NCBI GenBank assembly: GCA_964016885.1
Contig: OZ024754.1
Span: 7,006,001 to 7,070,000, forward strand
Length of the DNA stretch: 64,000 bases
Direction: 5' to 3'
From: Eledone cirrhosa
Lineage: Eukaryota
The position numbers were made by a program, and so were the translations under genes. Below the pieces are notes generated by a model, which had not been told where the DNA came from, made no database searches, and saw nothing but the letters and a program-made list of their open reading frames with translations. Shown here piece after piece: positions 12,750 through 59,425 of the stretch (its first letter is position 1; the number at the start of each line of letters is the position of its first letter).

Positions 12750-14036
12750 CGAGGAGGGATCAAAAAGTTCGCGGAATTTTATCGTAGTAAGAAAAAAATA
12801 GGTTAAAACAATATTAAACATGTCAGAACATTGTCACTGGGTGTTTACCTTGCTATTAGTGACTTGCAGTCAGTCATGCGTGGACTATTGTACAGTACTG
12901 ACACTCTTTAAAAAATCTCTTTTTGGAACAATGGAAAATAGTTATTTTGAGATAAGATCAAATATCAAGTTTCTGGTGAAACTCAAATGGAAAGGGACAC
13001 AGATTATGGAGGCTTTAGTTAAAGTTTACGGTACTACTGCTCCAAAGAAAACTGCTGTCTACAAGTGGATTCAGCGATTCAAACAAGGGAAAGACGACCT
13101 TGAAGACGACCATCGCAGTGGAAGACTAGGAACATCAAAAAATGACCAAAACGTTGAGGCTGCTCAGACTTTAATTGAAGAAGATCGAAGAATAACAGTT
13201 AATCAGTTAGCTAAGTCCCTAGACATTTCATATGGTTCGGCAAATTCAATTTTGGGACTAAGCAAGCTTTCAGCGCGATAGGTCCCAAAAGCGTTGCGCT
13301 CTGATCAGCTGATTCTTCGAAGTGATCTGTCTTTGGCGATATTAAACAAAATCGAAGTTGATGAAGAGCATTTCCTAACCAGAATCATCACCGGAGATGA
13401 AACCTGGATCTACCAGTATGATCCTGAATCCAAATAGCAGTCAAAACAGTGGCTTTCACGTGGATCATTGGGGCCAATCAAGTTCAAATCTCAAAAGTCG
13501 GATCAAAAAGTGATGGCCACCATTTTCTGGGATTCAGATGGGGTGATACTAATAGATTATCTTGAAGGTCAAAGAACTGTGACAGGAGCTTACTATGCAA
13601 ATGTTTTAAGGAAGCTGAAAGAGGCATTAGTCAAGAAACTTCATGGTAGGATCTTGTTTGACCATGACAATGCACCAGCACATACTGCGCGGGTTGCAAA
13701 AGAAGTTCTTCGAGAATTTCGATGGGAAGTGCTTCCTCACCTGCCTTATAGTCCAGATTTAGCCCCATCAGACTTTTTCCTCTTTCCAAAACTCAAAGAA
13801 ATGCTAAAAGGAACCCGTTTTAGTGGTGTTGAAGAAGCTAAAAACACTGCCAACACATGGCTTCGAACAAGGCCTTCAACTTTCTTTAGAGACGGCTTAC
13901 GAAGCTGGAGGCATCACCTTGTGAAGTGTATTGACCTGGATGGCAATTATGTAGAAAAATAAATTGAAGGTAAATCATATTTTTTGAAAAATAGAATATT
14001 TTCTGAAAAATTCCGAACTTTTTGATCCCCCCTTCG
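12750..14036 (+). mobile_element. Full-length mariner DNA transposon (irritans/Hsmar2-like), inactive
   Basis: TA TSDs at 12748-12749 and 14037-14038. TIRs CGAGGAGGGATCAAAAAGTTC... / ...GAACTTTTTGATCCCCCCTTCG. Length 1287 bp. Confidence 0.93.
12931..13962 (+). pseudogene. Mariner DD34D transposase pseudogene
   Basis: MENSYFEIRSNIKFLVKL...; the WVPK motif is broken by TAG at 13279-13281, and a second in-frame TAG lies near 13435. TGDETW, HDNA and YSPDLAPSD catalytic motifs are present. Confidence 0.92.
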
Positions 14037-15565
14037 TACACAAAGGAGTATATAAGTATATGTACACATAGTCAATGTTTATACTTGTTTATAGATGCTC
14101 TCTGACAGATGTGTAGTATTAGCTGCTAGAATTAGAGGCGGAGAATTGGTGTCTTCCTTCCACTGGGATTACTTGGCATTTCTTTACCCAGCTGTCATCA
14201 TCCATGCACATCACATAATATATCTAGTATCATCATCATCATCGTTTAACGTCCATAGTCCACGCTTGCATGGGTTTGGACAGGAGTTTTCCCACTTGAG
14301 GCAAGAGTGGTTGTCTTGCTCGCATAGGACTGTCTGGCGGGTTTTCTACGGCTGGATGCCCTTCCTAACACCAACCACATTTACAGTGTGTAACTGGGAG
14401 GTTTTTACCACCGTGTTACCTACACGGCCACATTACAGCGTGGACTGTGTGTTTTTTTTATCGTGACACCTACACGACCTCATTTGTTTCGGCCTGGATG
14501 TTGTGGTACCAACATAACTTTACATTGAAAGGGGCGGTGGATGGTGTGGGGGTGGTGGGACATATTTATACATTTACATATATATATATTTATGCATTTA
14601 TATATATTTATACATGTATGTATATATATATATTTATACATGTATGTATATATATATATATATATTTATTTATATGCATGTATTATATATATAAGGTAAA
14701 AAGCAAGTAAGCTAATTAAGGGAGAAATATATATACATTTATATATAGTATAATATATATATATACATATACAATATACGGGGTCGATAAAATAAAGTAC
14801 CAGTAATGCACTGTATAATTGCTGGCCTTGTACCAAAAACTAGAAACAATTATATATATATCCATCTCTAAGAGACCGTATATTCAGTCCATGCTTGTTT
14901 ATTTGAGTGTGTACCTCCATACACTAAGGCGACTAAGCGAATTTAAAGGGAAACGACTCTTTGCCCCTTTGACCTTAATTTAACACAAAAGAGTTTAAAA
15001 TAAATTAATACGGATCGCTCTACAACAGGTTAGAGGTTGTACACTTAGTAGTGGATACTACGGCACTACAGCTATTAGCTGTCAGTCAAAAGCAGCCGAT
15101 GAAAGCAAAACATCGTTTATTTCCGTATTACTACCACGCGTAAGTGGAGTGTTTTTTTTTTTTTTAGTTCATATAGTTCATGGTATTAGCTGTCAGAAGT
15201 AACTCCACTGTTTGTGAAAATTCATTTAAGTTCATGGTATTAACTGTCAGAAGTAACTCCACTGTTTGTGAACATTCATTTAAGTTCATGGTATTAGCTG
15301 TCAGAAGTAATTCCACTGTTGGTGAAAATGACTTGTTTTCTACATGAAACCATGACTATGAAAATATAAATGATTAAATCCAATTTATTTGATAACCATG
15401 ACTTGTTTTCTAATTAACTTAAATTTGTTTTCTAATTTGACCCTTTTAAGGGCCACCTATGTGAAAAATCCACTTACGCGTGGTAGTAATACGGAAATAA
15501 ACGATGACGAATGACGTCACCTTCGCCTGCTTTCACGACTGACAGCTAATAGCGTTGTAGTGCCG

Positions 15566-15810
15566 ATACTTCTGGTGACCTCGGCCCTAGGGCTACCTCC
15601 CTACTCACTACCATAGGCGCTGAACTTGTGAGCCTCGCGAGATCTAATGGCTCTTCCAGCGCATCTCCCTTACCATCCTCCGGGGAAACGCTTTCTCCAT
15701 TCTGTCTGCCGGCCAGCACGTGGGACCCCATTTGCTCACCATACAGAGAGATGGAGGCGATGACAGTGGAAGTTCGTCTCTTCCGTGTTAGGACACATTG
15801 CACCTGACAA
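15566..15810 (+). mobile_element. CRE-like retroelement 3' fragment
   Basis: Homologous to 56195-56527 (ACTTCTGGTG..CTCGGCCCTAGGGCTACCTCCCTACTC...TGGCTCTTCCAGCGCATCTCCCTTACCATCCTCCGGGGAAACGC). Confidence 0.65.
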
Positions 15811-16645
15811 ACTTACATGCTGCTAGGTTGAAAGTTGTAGCAGGCATAGATGGGAGCTATATAGATATGTGTCACTATATATCTATGTTAAAGATGGAAA
15901 GTGAACCTTTAAAAATAAATAAATATTAAAACCACTTCCCGTCAGCATGGTGTAACAGGCCACATCGGACACTGGAATAGTTCCTTTATTTTCCTCATTT
16001 GAAGAGATACTAATCTCGTAATATCAGGTCATATGAATAAATTAAAGTAAAAAAGAACAAACCCTACTTTTTGTCTTTTTTCCTTTTTAATTTTTCTGTC
16101 CAGACCTGCAATGTCGTGGCTTTCCAACTTAGAATGCTATATAACATATACAATGCTTCAAGTAAACTACAAATTCCCTAGTAATATATATATATATATA
16201 TATATATATCTATTTGTCCGCCGAGGTTAACTTTGAACTTTCATCCTTACGGGGTCGATAAAATAAAATACCAGTTAATTTTGCTGGCCTTGTGCCAAAA
16301 GTAGAAACAATTATTATATATATATTTAATTATGTATATCTATATACATATTACACACACATATATATATAATATATAATTATATATATTTATATTATGT
16401 ATATATATACATACATGCACACATCGGGCTGTTTGTAAACAAACAAACAGCCCGAATCACGCCGTACAAACAAACAAACCGTGCATTATAATAAATGTTC
16501 GGTAAACCGATACGTGCATATATATATGTGTGCATGTATGTATATAATACATATTACTGTACGTCTGTATACATACATACTTACATTTAAGTAAGTGCCG
16601 TACTAAGAGTGAGAAATGAAATTTCGTTTCATTCTATTCCATTTA

Positions 16646-16990
16646 TATCATCATCATCATTTCATTTTACGTCCGCTTTTCCCTGCTTGTAAGGGTGGGA
16701 CGGGAACTGATTTTGGCTTGATTTCTACAGCTGGATGCCCTTCCTAACACCAACCTCATTTACAGTGAGTGCTGGGTGCTTATTTTGCCGTGGCACCTCC
16801 ACGTCCACTTTGCAGTGGAATGATAGGGACCCCAGTCCCTATCATCCCATTTCTACAGCTGAGTAAACTGGAGCAATGTGAAATAAAGTGTCTTGCTCAA
16901 GGAAACAACACATCACCCGGTCTGAGAATTGAACTCACAACCTTTCGATTGCAAGGCCAATGCTCTAACCACTAAGCCATGTGCCTCCAT
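16646..16990 (-). mobile_element. SINE-B copy
   Basis: Near-identical reverse complement of 41160-41507. Confidence 0.88.
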
Positions 16991-17152
16991 TACTCCATAT
17001 AATTATATATATATATTTGTATATATATATGTTATACTTTGAGAGGGTAATGTTGCCAATAAAAACACACACGCACCAGTTGGTTTTCACTTCAATTTAT
17101 TATAAGTTTCTGGTTGGTTGGTTGATTCGATAACTGGAATGTTGTTTATATA

Positions 17153-17197
17153 TTGTCAAAGCTCTTTCGTCACACATTGTGACCTCCTCAGTGACAA
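17153..17197 (-). ncRNA. Minimal hammerhead ribozyme-like motif
   Basis: TTGTCA-CTGAGGA-G-GTCAC(AATGT)GTGAC-GAAA-GAGC-TT^-TGACAA. Confidence 0.55.
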
Positions 17198-17344
17198 GGT
17201 TTTTATTGTGTGTCTCCTGTCCTACACCATCTCGTTTGTGTGTGTTGATATATATATACATTTTATTCTTTTATGTATTCCAGCTACCCGGCTGAGGCCA
17301 TGCTAGGGCACCGCACCTGGTTGGTGCACGCACGTGAGAGCAAT

Positions 17345-17858
17345 TATATCATCATCATCATCATCATTTTACGTCCGCTTTTCCCTGCTTGCAAAGGTGG
17401 GACGGGTCTTATTCAGCACAGCATCTCTCCACTTGTCAGTCCTTCGTCATCTCCACTGTGAGCTTCAGCGATCTGAGGTCTGTTCTCACCACCTCCGCCC
17501 ATGTTTTTCGTGGTCTACCTCTACCACGTCTTCCTTCAACTGGCATTTCCTCCTCCATGCGCATCACATGTCCATACCACCTCAGTCTCCTCTCTCGCCC
17601 ACTACATTCTATCCCTCTCAACACATTCATGCTGGGTCGTTCATGCACATCCAACGGAGCATGCTTGCCTCATTTCTCTCCAACCGTCGCATATCCTCTG
17701 CAGTTGCTGCCCACGTCTCACTACCATGCAGCATCGCGCTCCTCACAGGCATCATATAACCGGCCTTTCGTACGCAGGGAGAAACCCTTCTTCGTCAGCA
17801 GAGGAAGCAGCTCCCCAAACTTCTTCCAACCCATCCTTATTCTAGATACTATGGCCCC
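17345..17858 (-). mobile_element. RTE-clade LINE 3' fragment
   Basis: Translates to RIRMGWKKFGELLPLL...SAMLHGSETW...RRLRWYGHVMRM...GRGRPRKTW. Ends in GCAAGCAGGGAAAAGCGGACGTAAAA(TGA)n. Confidence 0.85.
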
Positions 17859-17879
17859 TATATATATATATTATTTTAT

Positions 17880-18220
17880 TATCATCATCATTTCATTTTA
17901 CGTCCGCTTTTTCCCTGCTTGCAAGGGTGGGACGGGAACTGATTCTGGCTTGATTTCTACAGCTGGATGCCCTTCCTAACACCAACCTCATTTACAGTGA
18001 GTGCTGGGTGCTTTTTTGCCGTGGCACCTCCATGACCACTTTGCAGTGGAATGATAGGGACCCCAGTCCCTATCATCTCATTTCTACAGCTGAGTAAACT
18101 GGAGCAATGTGAAATAAAGTGTCTTGCTCAAGGAAACAACACATCACCCGGTCTGAGAATTGAACTCACAACCTTTCGATTGCAAGGCCAATGCTCTAAC
18201 CACTAAGCCATGTGCCTCCA
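17880..18220 (-). mobile_element. SINE-B copy
   Basis: Near-identical to the other SINE-B copies. Confidence 0.88.
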
Positions 18221-18467
18221 TTATATATATATATATGTATTACTATACACTACAAACACACACACACATCAACAACAGAGACACATATGTATTACTATAC
18301 ACTACACACACACACACACATCAACAACAGAGATACATGTATTACTATACACTACAAACACACACACACATCAACAACAGAGACACATATGTATTACTAT
18401 ACACTACACACACACACACACACACACATCAACAACAGAGACACATAAAGAAAGACATTTTAACATT

Positions 18468-18473
18468 TTTAAT
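18468..18473 (-). promoter_or_regulatory. Candidate XPO5 polyadenylation signal (ATTAAA)
   Basis: Minus-strand ATTAAA about 410 nt past the stop codon, followed by U/GU-rich sequence. An alternative AATAAA lies at 18675-18680. Confidence 0.4.
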
Positions 18474-18883
18474 GATTGAAATGAATTGAAATCACAGATA
18501 ATGTTGTTTCTGTCCAACATCAGGCCTGACTGTATTAGTGGGTCTGTGGAGAGGTTGGATAGGGGATGTTACCATTCATATCACACATCATCCCACAATG
18601 GGGGAAGGAGGTGCTGACACCCGCCCACACACACACACACACTCACTGACATACACATCATGAAGTACTTCCTTTTTATTGTTTTCTAGAAACTTCCAAT
18701 TCCAATGACCCCCAACTTCTCTCTCTTTGTCTCTCTCAAATATTCTTTCACTTCCCAGCAGAGTTGATCATTTCCAATTCCTCAGGAGTTAATTCTTGTT
18801 GCAACACGAGGTGGTGGTAGTCCTCCTTGTCAGGTGGTAGTTGTGGTGGCCCTGCCTTGCCATCTAACTAACAAAGCTTGCCA

Positions 18884-52406
<33,523 letters not shown>

Positions 52407-53570
52407 TTTGGAAGGGTTTTTTTTTTTTTTACTTTTAGTTTTAAATATATATTTATATGGATGTATATGTGATTCTTGGTTTGAAAATATAAATAAAATC
52501 ACGTTTCTATTATTAAATTTGAGCTAGAAAATTCATACAAATATAAATATATATATATAATATTTGTTATATATATATAAATTTACTTATAACGAAATGG
52601 GAAAATACACAAAAGAACAGCGAAACAAAATTCGGTTGAATGAACTGAGAGTAAAAGTAGAGAAGAAAAAAAGATGTTTCTTTTTAAATCTTAGCTTTAC
52701 TACTACAATGATAAATTATTATATAGTAAAGAAAGAAGAATTCGGTGGTGCTGTTGTTGATGATGCAAATGTAAAGCCGTGGCTGTGGTAAGAAATAATC
52801 CCAAGACACCAACTATAAGAACCTGACAAAACATGCCAACATGCCGCATTTCACGCACGCGCCAATTTCACACGGCCTAATTGTTAATTGAGTTGACGGT
52901 GCACAATAGAAAACTGTCCCTCTTTGAAAACTAGTCCGCCTTATCATCACTACACTACAGGTTAATGAAGAAAAATGAAACATACTGTATTTCCCGAGAT
53001 GCTTCGCACTCTAATTTTGACAACCAAAAATTTGAAAAAAAAAATAATAAACAACTTTCGGCCTTCAGGACGCATGGTAGATTTTTGAGACTTATTTTAG
53101 GGAAAAAGTAGCAACAGTAACCACTGTGTAATGTGTCTTTTCCCCACCACCACTGGAATTGAAACTGAAACTGAAACTAGAAGTTTGTTATGATAAATTA
53201 GAAGTGAGAAACGTATCATAATTATTTCATTAATGAATACATTCGTTCATTAATGTTTTTAATTACTGAATACTTTCAATCAATGTTTGTGGTAGGTTAA
53301 ACATAAGCCTGGGAAAAGCTTGTTAATAGGCTTTTAAATTTCGAGTAAATAATGAATATTAGCAATCAGGATAATATTATAGTTCAAAGGGAAAATACAA
53401 TCAGAATTTACACGTTCGATAAACATATCTCCAATAAAAAACAACAACGTATTATCATGAAAACCGACATCGAAGGGAATGATCCGTATATCATTGAATA
53501 GTGCAGCTATAGAGGCATAAACCTGATGGATCAAGTTATGAAAGTGACATAAAGTGATTTAACACAACAA

Positions 53571-53921
53571 CCGTATTTTCCAGCGTCGAAGACGCGACTT
53601 TCTTTCTTAAAATGAATCTAGAAAATCTGCCATGCGTCCTGGAGGCCGAAGGTTGTGGTGGATTGGCAGTATCGGTAGAGGGTCGGACGCCATGCTTTGC
53701 AGAACAGAGTTACGGCCCTTAACGTTCTGAGTTCAAATCCCGCCGAGGTTAACTTTGCCTTTCATCCTTACGGGGTCGATAAAATAAAGTACTAATAATA
53801 CACTGGATTAATTGCTGGCCTTGTGCCAAAAGTAGAAACAATTATTTCTTTTCAAATTTTTGGTTGTCAAAATTAGGGTGCGTCCTCGAGGACGAAGCGT
53901 CTTCGGCGCCGGGAAATACGG
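53571..53921. mobile_element. Tc2-like MITE interrupted by a SINE
   Basis: CCGTATTTTCC...GGGAAATACGG-TA termini; homologous to 12557-12712. A SINE-A copy is inserted at about 53657-53845. Confidence 0.75.
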
Positions 53922-53923
53922 TA

Positions 53924-54062
53924 ATTAAGAAAAGAGTCAAATTAGATAAGATGCAGTTTGGTTTCGTGCCAAGAGATTCCTTCTTTTCAGAGAAACAGCT
54001 ACAAGAGAAGTTTCTAGCTTTCGTTGATCTGGAGAAGGGTTTTGGTAAAGTGTCACGATTTG
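53924..54062 (+). mobile_element. RTE-type reverse transcriptase fragment
   Basis: KMQFGFVP...QLQEKF LAFVDLEKGF, a degenerate form of the QFGF / FVDLEKAFD motifs. Confidence 0.65.
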
Positions 54063-55223
54063 TTAACTGTTGGTTGAATTTGCAACTGTCTCTAAATGCT
54101 CCAGCTGGATCCCCATACGAGACCAACCAAGCTTATAGATGTTATTCAACCATCTTATTCCTGGACTACTTCTGGGTCTCCTGCTGGTTGAATTTGCCAG
54201 TAAAATCTGTAATTTAAATATGTCATATATATTTTGTAAGTTATTTATGTCACTCAATTCAATGATATACGAAAGATTCCCTTTACAAAGTAGCATTAGA
54301 ACACAAAATATCAACATAGAGTTGTGGCCCTTTACGTTCCGAGTTCAAATCTTGCCGAGGTTAACTTTGCCTTTCATCCTTATGGGGTCGATAAAATGAA
54401 GTACCAGTAATGTACTGTGATAATTGCTGGCCTTGTGTCAAAAATGGTGCGGGGGTTGGGGTGTGTGTGTGTGTGTGGGGTGGGTGGGGTGGGGTGCATA
54501 TTGAGGCTCGTGGGCCGCCTGTTGCACCCCAAGCTTTAGACTATACTGGTAATGATTGTGACTATGTAAATTAAATGCTTTACTTTTGTTATTTAAACAC
54601 GACCGCAAGCGAAGTTGACACGATACAGAAGTATGCGACTTATGTACGTGTGAAGGGCTGACACCATTGTGACTTATATACGAACATATACAACATATTC
54701 GTGCATATAGTGATATTGAATATATAGAAAAATATACGCAAACATATTAAATTTTAATTTATTTTAATTTAAAATAAACATTTGGAGAAAATATTAAAGG
54801 GAAATAACTGTTTCCAAAATGAAGGGAATTAATTCTTTCATAAGCGCCACGTCAGTTCATTGATTATTCGAATAAATTTATTTTAGAAACTATATGATTA
54901 GTTCCATATTATTTAACGTAATATCTGAGTTCAAATCCCGCCAAGGTTAACTTTGCCTTTCATCCTTACGAGGTCGATAAAATAAAGTACCAGTAATGTA
55001 CTGGGTAATTGCTGGCCTTATGCCGAAAGTAGAAACAATTATTTAACGTAATATATATTTTTTATTCCTTTGCAGGTTCCATTCATTTGACTGCGACCAT
55101 ACTGGTGACCCATCTTAAATGGATTTTAGTCGATCATATTATTACTAGAATTTATTCTTTTTAAGTCTGGGTACTTATTTTATCGATCTCTTTTGTCGAA
55201 TCATTTTGTCGACACATACCCTG

Positions 55224-55311
<88 letters not shown>

Positions 55312-55584
55312 GGATCTGTTTTCTGAGGCATGCGTAGCCTGAAAAGACCAAGGTCATGTACACACCTCCTCCTGGGCAATATTACGCCGAGCCCAACATC
55401 TTTGATTAAAAAATAGCTCCTCATTAGACCCATCAGTCAGCTCAACGAAAATTATAAATATCAGGAGCAGATACAAGAATAATTTTAATCAATACACAAT
55501 AATACACAATATTTTTGCCAGATAATCGCTCAATCACAAAACAGTTGCGAAAAGAACCACCCAGAGGGTATACCCACCCCTAAC

Positions 55585-55653
<69 letters not shown>

Positions 55654-55941
55654 AGGGAGTGTAACGCGGAGTTACTGTAGGTTCACCCAGGTGAGCACTC
55701 GATGTTTAGGTTCACGTCAGTGGTAAGGTGTAGAGCTAGACAGAGTGCAATATAATAATAATAGGACGAATGGATACTCCTTCATTACGATTATTGGTTG
55801 GTGACGCGCGTTTCGCTATTCATCAGCTCATGGTTCGATCTGTTTCTGTAATCAATGTATATATATATACCCAGTTTGCATCTCACCATGCATGGAATAC
55901 TACCTTTATGTGTTATCTTCTCGATCTTCTCACTGCAGACA

Positions 55942-56055
<114 letters not shown>

Positions 56056-56194
56056 GCCAACAACCACCCACTTACACCCATACCCCCCCCACACCAAATG
56101 AATAAATAACCAAGATTTAATACATTACTTAATTGATTTACATACGTTTCATTCAAATACAGAAGGAAGTACCATTCTATTCCTCTGTATGGAA

Positions 56195-56527
56195 TTCATC
56201 AGAATCGGGTTTGCGGTCGTGTCCTTGGCAGTAGAGACTTCTGGTGTCCTTGGCCGTAGGGCTACCTCCCTACTCAACACCATAGGCGCTGAACTGAGCT
56301 GTCCAGCTGCAGATGTGAGCCTCACGAGATGGAATGGCTCTTCCAGCGCATCTCCCTTACCATCCTCCGGGGAAACGCTTTCTCCATTCTGTCCGCCGGA
56401 GTTGAGGGGCGGCCAGCAGGTGGGACTCTATTTGCTCACAATACAGATGGATGGGGGAGGGCGAGAGAGATGGAGGCGATGACAGTGGGAGTTCGGTTCT
56501 TACGTGTTCGGACACATTGCACCTGTC
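56195..56527 (+). mobile_element. 3' end of a CRE-like (restriction-like endonuclease) non-LTR retrotransposon or a derived element
   Basis: LAVETSGVLG..A.SLL..IG then, after a frameshift, EWLFQRISLTILRGNAFSIL, the C-terminal signature of CRE-clade RLE proteins. Homologous copies at 15566-15810 (+), 34972-35250 (-) and about 58150-58260 (+). Confidence 0.65.
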
Positions 56528-56605
56528 ATGTGGATCATGTGATATATTTCTAGAAATCTATTTCCACATAAATCTGTCTGTCTATCTTTTATTATGGATA
56601 GTAAA

Positions 56606-56795
56606 AGGGCGGTGGATTGGCAGTATCGGTGGAGGGACGGACGCCATGCTTTCCAGCATAGTTACGTCCCTTTACGATCTGAGTTCAGATCCCGCCGAGG
56701 TTGACTTTGCCTTTCATCCTTACGGGGTCGATAAAATAAAGTACCAGTAATGCACTGGGTATTTGTTGGCCTTGTGCCTAAAGTAGAAACAATTA
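56606..56795 (+). mobile_element. SINE-A (about 190 bp, tRNA-derived)
   Basis: GGGCGGTGGATTGGCAGTATCGGT...CTGAGTTCARATCCCGCCGAGGTT.ACTTTGCCTTTCATCCTTACGGGGTCGATAAAATAAAGTACC...AGAAACAATTAT. Other copies at about 2255-2460(-), 8829-9020, 9037-9260, 12050-12250, 27618-27808, 31744-31930(-), 36566-36742(-), 53657-53845, 54925-55042 and 61655-61840(-). Confidence 0.85.
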
Positions 56796-56961
56796 TGGAT
56801 AGTAAAATATTTTTATGTAAAAAAAGAGATTTTTTTTACCAGCTGTATGCTGAGTGACTCCAAACCCGAACATTTTGGAAAACCTAAACAAGCTTTACAT
56901 ATAGTGGGGAAAACGTTAAAAATGATAGATGACTAGACACGTAAAATAAATTTTTTAGTAA

Positions 56962-57250
56962 TCTATATTATAATAAGAGCGTTGTCTCTCCGTCCGTCCG
57001 TCCGCCCCTCCGTATATACAGAGGGGGAGTGCCAAGCGAGGGATATGCATATAGATAGAGAGAGAAAAGGGAACGACGTGTATTTTCGAGGTGATAGAAA
57101 GAGGTAGATAGAGAGAAAGATACGACGTCGCCTTCACCTACATAGGGAGATTGAGCACGAAGCGTAAGAGGTGTACATTCCAAATCTATGGGAAGCAACT
57201 TATACTTTGATTTCATGGGAGATAACTCTAAGGGAGGTAACTATGTTCTT
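56962..57250 (+). mobile_element. Possible Helitron-derived non-autonomous element, 5' end
   Basis: A|TCTATATTATAATAAGAGCG followed by a (TCCG)n microsatellite, a layout common in non-autonomous Helitrons. The 3' end was not identified. Confidence 0.35.
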
Positions 57251-59425
57251 GGTAATTATTTGAATCTTTTTTTTTTATAGCTATCTCGTATATTTCCACC
57301 ATTTCCACATGGTACTGATGCATTTTGAAATATAGCTTGGCCCTCTTTATCGTCCGGCAATTCCTATTGTCCGGTGTAAAGACTTCAAACTAATATCACC
57401 CGCCCCCTATGTCACATTACTCCCAGCTGTCGTTTGAACCTGAATTCATGTTGGGCACTCGGAGGTGCGAACTCCGCCAGGTGGAGTGGCTGTTTCAGCG
57501 TGTCTCCTTCACCGACCTCTTGTGCAATGGATTCTCCATCTTGTCGGTCGGGATCCAAAGGTGGAGGGTAAGTTAGTTGGTGGTGGAGGATACTCGTTTG
57601 GACGTTACCTTCACGCGTGTATTGAATACAAGTTATGCATGTTTATCAAGTGAAGACATGTGGCTGAGCGGTAAGAGAATTGGATTCGCAATCGTGATGT
57701 TGTGAGTTCGATTCCTGGACCGGGCGATGCGTTATGTCCTTGAGCAAGACACTTTATTTCATGTAGCTCCTTCTACCTGGATTTACGACCGATAGAAAAT
57801 ATTAGAAATTGGAAAGACCAACGGAAACATTGTTTCCTCGGTCCGATTTGACGAAAGTCGATCGACTGTCGATGTTTATCAAGTAGTAGTAATTAAAAAT
57901 AACTGTATGTTATATATGCATAGCTTTATTCATATGAGTGAAGGCGCACGGCTTAGTGGTTAAAGCACCGAGCTTACAATAGTGAAGTTGTGAGTTCGAT
58001 TCTCAGACTAGGCTTTGCATTATGTTCTTGACACCATCAACACCATTGCTACCATCACCGACTCCGCAGCTCACACGCTTATCCTCACCTTAAAAGTCAT
58101 TCATTTGCCAAAAACATTTATAACATAATATTCCTTTCTCTATTCTGTTCGCTGCGGCCCCGGAGCAGCCAGCTTGTGGGCCTTCATTTGGTCAAAATAG
58201 GGAGTGGAAGAGACGGAGGCAGTGACAGTGGGAGTTTGGTCCTTTTGTGTTCGGACCTGGTGTATATATGTGTATATAAAAGAGAGAGTGTTTTGCAAGG
58301 TTTTTGATATGAAATCATGTGTTGAAACAAATATTGTTATATTTGGGGAGGGTCATATTGTTATATTGCCAGAAATAATAATAGAACACACTCGCTGTTT
58401 GGTTTGAATTGGTTTTAGCTTCAGTATCTTTTATGTATCCATAGTTAATTTATCTGGCAATCAATGTTTATCATTGATTGACCAACGGTTAAAAATATAG
58501 ATATAAATATATATTTATATATAGTCTATGAAAGTTCTTTCATCACTCACCTGTGACATCATCAGTGGTACTATTATGTTTCCTCCCGTTGTATTGTAAT
58601 GAATACTCCATTTTTAAAACGGAGTAGGCATTTACAGCTACACATAATATAATATGAATATTATGGAAATTAACTTGAATTTAGAAGCTTCAATGCAAGA
58701 CCACCCTTTCCTTCTCCAGGGGTTTACATATTCAACTTGTTAGACTACTTTCATAGTAAAAAAAAAACAAAAAAACTTGCATTGAAGCTTCTAACTGCGA
58801 ATTAATTTCCATAAAATACATAGCTCAAGGTTTCTAAAACTAGGTCGTTTGTTCATAATATCAATATATATTTTATTATCTCTGTGTATGGATATTTCGC
58901 CTTCATGGTTCTGAATATATTTGGTAAAATAATATATTGAGAAGATATTTCCCAGACACAATAAATACTAAGTGATAATGATGTCATGTACATAATTAGG
59001 TATATCCGTTGGTATACTAAATTTTAACCTACATAGTTCAATGTCTTGTTTCCTCATATGGCTACATAAAAGGTAGCCATATTTTTTATGCTGAAAAAAA
59101 TAAGTAAAAGAAATATATTGTGTCATTTCATATTATTTCAGAGAGAAAAATCGACTCCAGTACTGGGCTGGGACTTTATTTGTCCACCTCGAAAGTATGA
59201 AAGGCAAAGTTGACATTGGCGCGATTTGAACTCAGATAGAATGCAGTTAATCGGAACAAAAACAGAGGCATTTTTAATCTGACATCCTATTACCCTGCTA
59301 AATTGTCGCCATATTGTATCATGAAAGTGTATGTATGTATGTATGTATGTATGTATGTATGTATGTATGTATGTATGTATGTATGTATGTATGTATGTAT
59401 GTATGTATGTATGTATGTATGTATG

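Noticed and set aside
52828-52846. p53-like site AAACATGCCAACATGCC
   Set aside because: The CATG cores are 8 bp apart rather than the 10 bp of a canonical response element.
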